From contig NC_043005.1 in NCBI RefSeq assembly GCF_006345805.1, positions 59,644,001 through 59,708,000 of the forward strand: DNA of 64,000 bases. Direction: 5' to 3'. Of the stretch, positions 41,850 through 53,360 are shown in pieces. A model generated the notes under the pieces. That model saw only the letters and a program-made list of their open reading frames with translations, made no database searches and had not been told where the DNA came from. Every line of letters begins with the position of its first letter. Position 1 is the stretch's first letter. Both the position numbers and the translations under genes were made by a program. Source of the stretch: Octopus sinensis. Its lineage: Eukaryota.

Positions 41850-42185
41850 CCTTTTATTTGTTTAAGTCATTTGACTGCGGCCATGCTGGAGCAATAAATG
41901 GACCTCAGAAATATTCTATGTAAGCCTACTATTTATCCTATCGGCCTCTTTTGTTACGTGGACGTAAACACACCAGCATCGATTGTCAAGCGATGGTGGC
42001 GAGACAAACACAGACACACCAACATATACATACATACATACAAACATACACACACACACACACACATATATATGTATATACATATATATATATACATACG
42101 AAGGGCCTCCTTTCAGGTTACGTCTACCAAATCCACTCACAAGGTTTTGGTCGGCCCGAGGCTATAGTAAGAGACACTTGCTCAA
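41850..42185 (-). mobile_element. Family A SINE (5' truncated)
   Basis: Reverse complement of 61340-61660 (tcatttgactgcggccatgctggagca...ccaaatccactcacaaggttttggtcggcccgaggctatag). Confidence 0.85.
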
Positions 42186-42719
42186 GGTACTACAACTCAT
42201 TAGCCACATTACTAAGATAGTCCTTTTTGTACCCAGTGACTTGATTTGACTCTCATTCTTAGCAATGCTTGTATTACTTTGCACCTTTGTCACTTTAGTG
42301 ACATTTATAAATTTACCTTTTTGGTTTTAAATTGCTAATAAGCCACCTACATTATTTATAGTATACACTTCTACCGTTTTGAAACAGCACATGCTTGTCA
42401 CGATTTTTCTTCTAAGTTAACAAGGTCAGTTGATCTTAAGTTTAACCTTAGGCGCAGTAAAATCCACTGACGAGAATTTGTGATGCTACGCATAAGAATT
42501 CGAAATGACTTGATATGGGTATACCTGTTACTTCATTAGGGAGCTTTGTCACACTGCAGTAGGGAGGTGTGTCTCTCTCGTCGACTTACTAAGATAGTGT
42601 CTTTTGTAGCTACTGAGGTGCTTTCGCTCTTATTTCTAACAATGCTGGTACTATATTTGTACCCGTGCCACTTTAGTGACGTTTATGTATATATACACAT
42701 ACATATGTGTGTGTGTATA

Positions 42720-42723
42720 CGTG

Positions 42724-42767
<44 letters not shown>

Positions 42768-42797
42768 ATGTATACATGCATGTATGTATATAGTATG

Positions 42798-42853
<56 letters not shown>

Positions 42854-42979
42854 TATGTATGTATACATGTATGTATGTATATATGTATGTATATATATAT
42901 GCATATATATATATATATACATATATATATATGTATGTATACATGCATCTATGTATATATGTATGTATGTATATATATA

Positions 42980-43025
<46 letters not shown>
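42720..43025. repeat. Representative long compound (AT)n/(ATGT)n microsatellite; similar tracts near 1190, 2100, 11380, 17940, 22460, 23410, 43672, 48510, 49020, 60360 and 63400
   Basis: Read directly. These tracts generate the [12 protein letters not shown] ORFs. Confidence 0.95.
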
Positions 43026-43026
<1 letters not shown>

Positions 43027-43669
43027 CAAAGTGAAGTTGTAAGATACCGCACGAGTGGAAATAAATATGAAAGAAGGTGGTTTGAAAATGCAATTTTAAA
43101 AGATGTTTATTCACTTGACCGGTTTTACATTTTTAGAAAAAGATTGTTAAAAATAAAATGTAAAAGCTTCGTTGTGTTAAGTACTGGTTGTCAGAAAATA
43201 TTACAATACATATATACACTATTTGATAATAATAATAATAATAATAATAAAATGTTGAAAACATTTTACAAGGAAAAATCTTGAGAAAATATAAAAAAGT
43301 TCTTTAAAAATATTAGGATTTCATTAAAAATAAGATTGTCAAATGAAAAGTGTGAAAGCTTTGTTGTGTTAAGTATTGGTTGTTACAAAATATTACAATA
43401 CATATACACATTCTTTGATGAAAATAAGAAAATGTTAAAAACAGTTTACAGGAAAAATCTTCAGAAAATATTAAAAAGTTCGTTAAAAATATTAGGATTT
43501 CATTTAAAATCATGTTTGTTTGAAAGTATCTATATATAAACACAGAAAATTGTGTGTTCAAAAAGTTCATATTTTGGTGGTATATATATACACAGAAAGA
43601 GATATATTTAGGAGTTTACAAAGAATTTGAGATAAACTGACCTGTTTCACCATTTTATCCTAAAAAATC

Positions 43670-43749
<80 letters not shown>

Positions 43750-43844
43750 TAGATATCATTTGTAGGATCTCTTAGAAGAAAATGCAGAAACAACAGCATT
43801 TGGGAATTTTTAATCACACTTGTGGCGTTCTTTATATATATAGA

Positions 43845-44230
43845 GAGAATGGGGTGCCCAAAAGTTCTCGGAAACGTACTCCGTGGGACAAACCAGTTGT
43901 GATGCAGGCCTCCACCGCTAGAAGCCACTCCATGCAGCTCTAAGGCATCAGCCTGTCGATCAGCGTAGTCCGGTATGGTAGTCCTTCCATATGCTACGTC
44001 TTTGTTTTGCAGTACTTCTCCCATGTTCATCGATTTTTGCGATGGCTGAAACGGAAGAAGACAGTGCTTCCAGGAAATTCTATTTTCTGCTGGGCAAAAC
44101 GGCGCCTGAAACAGTTGTCATGCTTCAAACAGCTTGCATAGACGCCGTTTTTCACGCTTTAGGAATGGTCATTTGTCGCCTGAAGACCAGCCTTGTTTTG
44201 GGCGATTCTTCAAGTATAATAGGAACGGTA
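43845..44230 (+). mobile_element. Mariner 5' fragment
   Basis: TIR-like ggggtgcccaaaagttc at ~43852; ATG at 44042, MAETEEDSASRKFYFLLGKTAPETVVMLQTA (cf. KFCFLLGKTAAETVVMLQTAY of the HTH region). Confidence 0.75.
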
Positions 44231-45794
44231 ACAAGTTTATACACATGACTGCTTAATGCTTCTATTCTGTAATCTATTTACAACGAAGCACTAGATAGCA
44301 CAACCTGTTACAGTACAGTGACAGGAATATGATAAAAGAGATCTATCTCTTGTCAGTTTGAGACGTTTCCCTTTCTTGTAACTGCGGTTGAAGAGAAGAT
44401 AACCACTTCGAAAGGCATGCAGCCATCAGTCTGCTTCATGGGCGTTTCGAACTGATTTAGTGTGTCTACACCTATTTGTCAGCGGCGAGAAATTTTTTTC
44501 CGCGGCAAAATACAATGTGAGTTCGAGTATGTCTCAATTGTATTTGAATGGGTAACAAGATTGTGGATTCAGAAAATCGTTTGGTTATTTTAGAAAGTTC
44601 CTTTGTATGTATACATATAATGTTGTATGTGTCACTTTGCGCATACAAACAGACAATATTCATGTTAACATCTTTTCGATATTATTGTAAACAGCTAGGA
44701 TCAACCGAAGTAGAAAGGAACATTTGATGTTACCAAGACAGAGACAGTAATATATAAACGGAAAATGGCTGTATCAGTATAAAAGTCTCTGCAATGTACA
44801 TTGGAGTTTTAGTATAGGACAAATAAAAATAATGGTTTGTCTCCCTTACATTCCTATTTAGCGCCAAGGTTAAAAGTGAATTGACTATAAAGTGTCAAAT
44901 GATTAAATGTTCAAAGATATAACGTAAACCAGTTCAAGAGATTTAGCGGAATGTGTTTGCTATAGGAACGTGAACAAATATAAAGATGGAAGTTATTAAA
45001 ATAGATGTATCATCAAATAACTACTGATGGGATATATGAATATCTTAGGAAATGTAAAATTATGAATTTATCAGCTTTTTATGATTGTCACATTGCTAGC
45101 TAATAAAGTAGCGAAAAATTATGTTATAAATATAAGGAAATAACAATGGATCAAAACCAGTAAGATGACGTATGAAATCTTTTGTGGTATTTAGTTTCCT
45201 AGATTTACAGTCTGAATTCAAATCCTACAGAGATTGTATTTGACTTTCATCCTTCCATTGTGTAGAGGATACGTACCAATAAAACAGCGTGGTCGATTTA
45301 ATTTTATACTCTCTCACAAATATATAGCAATATTTGGCCTAAAGCGTATTTAAGAAATCGTTATTTAGCTACGGATATATTTAAATACACCCAAGAATAT
45401 ATCATCGATTTACGAAGCCATTTGATGGCGATGTAAATACAAATTTTGAGTTTGTTTGTTTGGCTCATTTTGTAATAGAATTTTCTTTAAAATTCTTCAG
45501 AGAATTCAATTAAATAGACTTTGTGCATCGTAACGTTGGTTCTATTTATTCTATTGATTGGCATAGTTGTTAGAGCGTTAAACAGAGGTTCTTGTAATAC
45601 CTTTTCTCATTGTCTGCAGTCTGAGCTCAAGTCCCGTGGCAGTCAACACTGCCTGTCAAACTTTCGGAATTGATATAACAGACTAATGTCGGTGCAGTTC
45701 TATTTTACTTTAGCTGTCACATCGTAGACAGGAATGCTTTCTACTTGTGACTACATGGGTACCTAAAATAATTGGCAAGAGCACGGTATACGTT

Positions 45795-46040
45795 ATCAAC
45801 ATACATTTCTTATTTCTTTACTGCCCGCAAGGGGCTACACACAGAGGGACAAACAAGGACAGACAAACTGATTAAGTCGATTATATCGACCCCAGTGCGT
45901 AACTGGTACTTATTTAATCGACCCCGAAAGGATGAAAGGCAAAGTCGACCTTGGCGGTATTTGAACTGAGAACGTAAAGACAGACGAAATACCCAGTATT
46001 TTGCCCGGCGTGCTAACGTTTCTGCCAGCTTACCGCCTTA
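45795..46040 (-). mobile_element. Near full-length family B SINE
   Basis: Reverse complement of the 3431/17130 elements, including head, central block and tail. Confidence 0.9.
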
Positions 46041-46335
46041 AATCAAGATACATTTCTATTATCACATGATAATTCGTACTTTATTAATCAAGTATTTTAG
46101 TAATGCTTTTATTAATGCTTTTATTAGAAATGAAATTGCTTCACTTACGCTTGCTTTTATTATTCTCTCCTCTTACCATGTGCAATGTCTACAGCTATTA
46201 CAAAATTAATGATATTTTCTTGAATATTCCCGTTAGGAAAGATAGATCAGCGGTTTTCCACTGTTTCTTCCGATTTATTAACAGTTTAATCTGCTAGCCC
46301 TCTGCTGTCCTGAATTTACCTTTGAAACATAGAGC

Positions 46336-46535
46336 CTATTTTCCGGCAGCGGGTGGTGGTGACCCCTCTTGTACTCTTTTGCCCCAACTTTCTCTCACTC
46401 TCTCTTCCTGTTTCTTGAGTAACGCTGCGATGGACTGGCGTCCCGTCCAGCTGGGGCGGAGGGACACATACGCCACAGAAAGCGGGAAACCGAGCCCATG
46501 AGCCTGGCTAGGCTTGAAAAGGGTGCATAAATAAA
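46336..46535 (+). mobile_element. 5'-truncated SINE related to the 31370-31658 element
   Basis: ccggcag..gg.ggtggtga...ctttctctcact...gcgatggactggcgtcccgtc...ggaaaccg.gcccatgagcc parallels the 3' half of that element. Confidence 0.7.
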
Positions 46536-48024
46536 AAATAGAGCCCACTTAAATATTAGGCAGGGTAACAGTTTCATGAAACAACAGAGAATGTCTTCAA
46601 ACTGGGCCCGGAGTGGGGCCCGTGTGCCATATATCTAGGGACCAGCTTTCCTCAAGTCCTGAGTACTTTAACCAAAGGACTACCTTCTACTATTTGCCTT
46701 GTAACTGGGTCCTTCGACAGATACAACTGTAGAGGGCGAGAACGGACCTGAGAGCCGCGGTGTCGAACTTGTAACTCCATACTCTGCAAAATTCCGGTTT
46801 TCGCGAGTTGGAGTCTCACCTCTGAATGCAGTTTATTTTTTTACCTATATTACTTTATTAATATCATGAAGCAATTATTACTGTTGTTATTCATAATTAC
46901 GCTGTTATTTTGATTATCTTTGCTGTTGGCTTTGATATTCAACTGAGATAAGTTGGTATATATTACAGGAAAGTATTTATTAAAGAAAGCTCAATGCTTC
47001 CTCTAAAGCATTATATTACGTTCGGGGAACTATACTTATAAAAGCTGTGATTTTTCAAGACGAATAAATTCCATAAAAGTTCAGTGGTGACCAACAGTGT
47101 TATGGAGGAGGGGACGGGCGTTTCAGAAAAAGAGAACATACGAGGAGTGTTCATTTTAGATTTCCTCTGACCCACCTCCCAAGGACTGGGATAATTGAAA
47201 CTTGGCATAATTATTACTCCTTGTCAACATAGCCACCACCAATGGTGACACACTTCTCACATTACTTTATGCAGCTGTGAAGACCTCGTCTGTAGAGAGA
47301 CTTAGAGAAATGAGGAAAGATTTTATAGCCACAAGTGTGTACTTTCATCTGTAAACATGCGCATTCTGAACTAGCAATACCAGTGCTTGACTACGTCATA
47401 TGATGGTGCATCGTCACCACAAATTTTTTCATGTTTTCGAAAGTCTCTTTCGGTGTACGACCTTTCAAGTATAAAAACCTGATCACTGGTCTGCATTCAA
47501 CTACCTCCATTATAACACCTTAGTATACTTCAGATGCCGTAAAAGACTATCAAATACTAGTGAAAAGCTACAATTTGCAATGCGACAGGTAGAGACACAT
47601 GTGATTATACCTGGACAAGTTCCGTTTCCTGCAGTAACCGGAAGTGGGTCAGGAAAACCTTTAATGGACACCCCTCGTATGAGCAAAAGTGTTTCATAAA
47701 ATCTAAGGAATAGTTTTTTTTCAGTTTCTATGGACTATATTGAATAATGCGCTCAGTACACCACTGAATCACAAAGAAAACATTAATCTAATTATATGAA
47801 TACAAATCGCGTAGTACACTTTCGAGTTTTATAATGTCTTTATAGGAATCTGTCGGTAAGCGAAAGGATATTTTCAATGAGTAAAAAAGGCTTCAGATTG
47901 GTTGAAGGTGTTGAAATATCTCTAAATAAGTATTATCATGATCCTTTAGGGGAAATGACACTCGCAATCAAATAATTGTTGTTAAAAAAAGACAAGAAGA
48001 ATAATTAAACATTATCCAGAATAC

Positions 48025-48170
48025 TTCATCGACGCAAATCGCATAGATGTTGGTACAAAGATACTCAACTGGAATTAATACACGGTTGGTGCGTATTCTG
48101 TAAAGGTAACAATGACGATCACCTTGAATCATAAATCTTTCCAAATGTGTAAATTTATGAAACGAAAATT
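48025..48170 (-). CDS. Candidate exon resembling the C-terminal part of a C-type-lectin-like domain
   Basis: Acceptor atttcttcttcag|AA; xFSFHKFTHLERFMIQGDRHCYLYRIRTNRVLIPVEYLCTNIYAICVDE (C-x17-C-x6-C); weak donor GAA|gtattc. An alternative acceptor lies at 48214. Confidence 0.3.
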
Positions 48171-48215
48171 CTGAAGAAGAAATTCCTACGCCAGAACCTC
48201 TATAGAACGTTTTTC

Positions 48216-48267
<52 letters not shown>

Positions 48268-48283
48268 TAGGTATATATATATG

Positions 48284-48317
<34 letters not shown>

Positions 48318-48509
48318 ATATATCGGTGCCCCAGCATGGCCACAGCTCATTAGCTGAAACTAGAAAATCAAAATCAAAATCATACACACCATATATATAT
48401 ATATATATATATAGATATATATATATATATATATGAAACATGTTATAATGTATATATAAAAATAAAAAATTGTATAATATAGCAGCATTTTCGAACTTCA
48501 TTTTTTACA

Positions 48510-48662
<153 letters not shown>

Positions 48663-49011
48663 ATATATGTATGCATACCTTCAATATATATGTGAGCGTG
48701 TGGAGACAGAGAGAGAAAGGGAGAGAAAGAATATCCATGATGACGTGACAAAAAGAAATCCATGTTATATCTCACTGGTGGTAACGTTCATAGACCTAAT
48801 GTCTACTTTAAGGCCATAGTAAACAACAATTGCATCAAATATGTGGGATATGTAAAGCCTGATATATGAGAGAATCAAGAAAATAAGAACAAAACTGAAT
48901 ACACAAAATAATGCATTTGTAAAATATTTAATAACATATCTCAAAGACATAGAAGCGAAAGTTAGAATCACATTATATATATATGTGTGTGTGTGAGTGT
49001 GTGTTTATCTA

Positions 49012-49063
<52 letters not shown>

Positions 49064-49091
49064 TATGTATATCTCTGTATATATATGTATG

Positions 49092-49139
<48 letters not shown>

Positions 49140-49227
49140 TAGGGAATAAATCCAAATTTACAGGGAAAAATCAGATTAGGATTAAATCCAATTCTATAGT
49201 AAAAATATTATAATATAATTCTCGAAT

Positions 49228-49281
<54 letters not shown>

Positions 49282-49323
49282 GTATATATATATATGTATA
49301 CACATACACACGCATACACTCAC

Positions 49324-49354
<31 letters not shown>

Positions 49355-49424
49355 TGTATGTATGTATGTATGTATGTATGCATGAATGTATGTGTGTATA
49401 AAATTCTTTTTTGTTACATTGGCG

Positions 49425-49474
<50 letters not shown>

Positions 49475-50051
49475 CACGGATATATGGGGCCCCAATGTGG
49501 CAAGTAAAAGTATAAGACAAAAAGAACATAACACAGTAGCGTTAAAGAAATATGGAGATATTGGTAATATTACGATACAAAACCTTTGCTTTACAATGAT
49601 GTAATATGGCGAATATAGGATGGAATAAAAGAGGATTAAAAGATGAAATCTTAAATCTTTGCAGGTTTTCACTGGAAGTCATTCTTAGCTACTGATGTAA
49701 ATAACGCTTGCTGCATTGTTAATATCAGAATTTACCCTTAGCAGAAAAATTAATTTCTGTGAAATTAATTCATATTGTTTTGGAATGATATCCTCTCTCA
49801 GTTGTAAAAAGAGCTAATAGCTGCTGGTAGGCGTTTGGTGTCTTTCATTTAGAAGATGAATTTCAATTCATCGACAATTTTATTTATTATTATTTATCTA
49901 TTTATATATTTGTCTATATATATATATATATATAGCATGTCACTCAATTCATTATCACTTACTGCTTGAGAAGTATATTTCATGTTTTCATATATCTTTT
50001 ATATGTGTTGTTTCTATTATTGTCAAATACATGAAGTATTTGGTTTCCTAG

Positions 50052-50505
50052 TTACATATAACTGTCAAAGAAATCTGCAACTCTACAAGTGCTCTTGCAT
50101 TGGATAGAAAATTTCTTGCTAATATAAAGCAAGATTATAGGTTTGTTATTGTCGTTGCCGTAATTGTATTTACGGCTGTTGTTGTTCTTGGTTAACTCGA
50201 TATCAGTCTCGGTGTCAGAACTATGACCAAAGGCAACCTAGCCATGACAACGATTCCCTCATTTCTTCTAGGTATTATGTAGCTTATACTACATTAACCG
50301 ATGTATGCATTTAAAAAAAAAAGTAAAAGAGGATAAATTTTGCTTTCTAGTTTTGCCATTTAAGCAACCAGTTGGAAGTTGAAAGTGCCCTTGATGTATA
50401 TCTACTGAAGAGGTTTGTATTCAATGAAATTGACGCTAATGACTTTTACCCCCAAAAAACCTTATTAAATAACCCAGTTTACATTAGTAAACATAAACAT
50501 AAACT
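50052..50505 (+). repeat. ~450-bp segment duplicated at 51229-51670
   Basis: Both copies run from ttacatataactgtca to attagtaaacataaacataaact, with scattered substitutions and one shortened A-tract. Confidence 0.95.
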
Positions 50506-50977
50506 AAGACATGCTCACACACACCCACACATACACACACGACAAGCTTTCACTCAGTTTTCTTCAAACAAATTCTACTCATAAAACATCGGTTACTTTG
50601 CTGTGAAGCTAACATGATAACCACTGACAACAGGTAAGTTCACCTCAACGAACGTTTACTGAGAAAATGTATCCATAGTACGTCACCATTAATAGTTTAA
50701 AACTATTTATTGAAATTTCTCTTCTGCAATTAGATGACGGTGAACTTATGTATATGATAACGACTGGGCTATACACGTACATAATATATAGAACTGTGAG
50801 CATAATTATGAATTTACAAAGTAAATAAAAAATATGCGGAAAACTAAGGCAGCTCTACATAAAGCATGGAGAAAAAATTACTATTAATTAAAGCAGAGTT
50901 ATTCTCATATGTTATTTATTTGAATAAATATCCTATCTAATATTATCACAAAGTCAGAGATTTGCAGGTGGAGAGTA

Positions 50978-52285
50978 TTGTAGCAGGAAACACTTGCCGA
51001 AAAGTTTTAACCTTTAAATTCAGATGCACATATCTCGGCTCAAACACAACTTTTTATCGAAATAAACACCACCAGAATCAACACCACTTTTTGCCAACGC
51101 GAAACAATTTATTTATGCCAGTAGCGTAAAAATTCGTGTTCTGGTAGCGATTGAGTTCGATGAAGGCGTGGTTTGGCATTGTCTTGGTTGTCGGAGTTTC
51201 TTATGGATTTCATCCATTTGCTGACAGTTACATATAACTGTCAAGGAAATCTGCAACTCTACAAGTGCTCTTGCATTGGGTAAAAAATTTCTTGCTAATA
51301 TAAAGCAAGATTATAGGTTTGTTATTGTCGTTGCCGTAATTGTATTTACGGCTGTTGTTGTTCTTAGTTAACTCGATATCAGCCTCGGTGTCAGAACTAT
51401 GACCAAAGGCAACCTAGCCATGACAACGATTCCCTCATTTCTTCTAGGTATTATGTAGCTTATACTACATTAACCGGTGTATGCTTTTTTAAAGAGGATA
51501 AATGTTGTTTTCTAGTTTTGCCATTTAAGCAACCAGTTGGAAGTTGAAAGTGCCCTTGATATATATCTACTGAAGAAGTTTGTATTCAATGAAATTGACG
51601 CTAATGCCTTTTACCCCAAAAGAACCTTATTAAATAACCCAGTTTACATTAGTAAACATAAACATAAACTGTCGAGGAATGGGTAGTTCTTGTTGCGTAA
51701 AAGAAGGGAATACGGCAATCTTTTTTGTTTGGTTGTCGTGTAAGTCGTGCGGCACCCATTTCTCAAGTATTTTTGTTTTTCCAATCTCTTTCAATTGGTT
51801 GGAAATTGTGGTGTACGTTACGTCTAATTCAGAAGCAAACTCTCGAACAATTGTGTGTGGATTAGCTTCGACTAAGGCTCTTAGTTGATCGTTGTCAACA
51901 TCCGATGGCCGACCACTACGCTTATCATCTTCAAGACTATCGTCACCGCTACGGAATTTATTGAACCACCATTGTGCTGTACGTTCATTAGTGGTTCCTG
52001 GGCCAAATGTATCGTTGATATCGCAAGGTGTTTCAGCAGCTTTTCAGCCTAGCTTGAACTGGAATAACAAAATTGTGCGAATTTGCTTTTTCTTCATGCT
52101 GAATTCAACGTTTCGAAAAAATGGCCTAATTATTCAAAAAGAAAAAGAATACCATGATTAGATAGAGCGAGAAACGAGCTTTAAAATGATATATAGATTT
52201 AAAGTAATTTAACGAAAATTAATTTGAAAATACATCATTTAAAACCAAAATTAAAAATTCTGCAAGAACTTTCTTGACATCCTAA
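50978..52285 (-). mobile_element. Hsmar1-like mariner with both ends, intact-looking HTH region and a replaced or deleted catalytic core
   Basis: ATG at 52097: MKKKQIRTILLFQFKLG*KAAET...AQWWFNKFRSGDDSLEDDKRSGRP...LEKWVPHDL, then PFLD at ~51672. After the filler come YCQQMDEIHKKLRQ and NQDNAK...FYATGINKL..RWQK. TA|ttaggatgtcaagaaagttcttgc at 52285; diverged TIR at 50978. Confidence 0.9.
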
Positions 52286-52884
52286 TATTTATTTTGATAA
52301 AACGTTGAACCCTCAATATACAAAACACGTGTCTAATTGTTCGTGTTCATTACATATGATTGAGTGGCTGACTTTTATGTGGAATGAGTGCGTATAATAA
52401 TTAAATTATATTATGCCATGATGTACCTGGACTGGAAGTAATAATTCATAGCTAGGGATATAGCCTGTAATTCTCGTCTTCTGGACTGTTTTTTAAAATG
52501 TTGTTACCAACTCGGAAACGACAGAAGACAAACCTGACATTGGTGGTATTAGAACGCAAAGCATACAGACTCAAACGGATACTGTAAGGCATATCAGGCA
52601 TGTCAATTCACCGTCCATTGTTGTATATCACGCTGATACTTAATTTTTTACTCATTTTAACAAGGCGAAAACCCATAGTAACAAGTGAAGATGTTCATTT
52701 TTAAGTGAAAAGGAACGTCTATAATCCAGCATTTTACTGTTCTTAATACTACATGCGGATTCCCTCACAGGCTTGCTCACCTTGCTCAATGCTTAAATTA
52801 ATATGAATTTCAGTTTGAAAAGCCCTGTTGCAGTCAAAGGAAAAATATAAAGTCATTTTATATTTGTATTAATATGATATTGAT

Positions 52885-53360
52885 GCAGGAGTGGATGTGA
52901 GGTAAGAAGCTAGCTTCCCAACCACATGGCTCGAACAAGTGTCTTCTACTATACCCTCGGGCCAACCAAAGCCTTGTGAGTTGATTTGGTAGATGGGCAC
53001 CTCGGGCCAACCAAAGTCTTGTAAGTGGATTTGGTAGATGGACACCTCGGGCCAACCAAAGCCTTGTGAGTGGATTTGGTAGATGGCCACCTCGGGCCGA
53101 CCAAAGCCTTGTAAGTATATTTGGTAGATGGGCACCTCGGGCCGACCAAAGCCTTGTAAGTATATTTGGTAGATGGGCACCTCGGGCCAACCAAAGCCTT
53201 GTAAGTATATTTGGTAGATGGGCACCTCGGGCCGACCAAAGCCTTGTAAGTATATTTGGTAGATGGGCACCTCGGGCCAACCAAAGCCTTGCAAGTATAT
53301 TTGGTAGATGGGCACCTCGGGCCGACCAAAGCCTTGTAAGTATATTTGGTAGATGGGCAC
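52885..53360 (+). repeat. Family A SINE head followed by a 45-bp minisatellite x9 made from the SINE central segment
   Basis: The unit cctcgggcc(a/g)accaaagccttgt(a/g)agt..atttggtagatgggca starts every 45 bp from 52955 to 53315. It explains the repetitive ORFs at 52858-53490. Confidence 0.95.

Noticed and set aside
50052-51670. LTR pair of a TRIM element
   Set aside because: There are no TG...CA ends, PBS or PPT, and the second copy sits inside a mariner.
52955-53360. CRISPR-like appearance of the 45-bp array (also the 27-bp array at 3967-4128)
   Set aside because: There are no unique spacers and no cas genes, the context is eukaryotic, and the units derive from SINE interiors.
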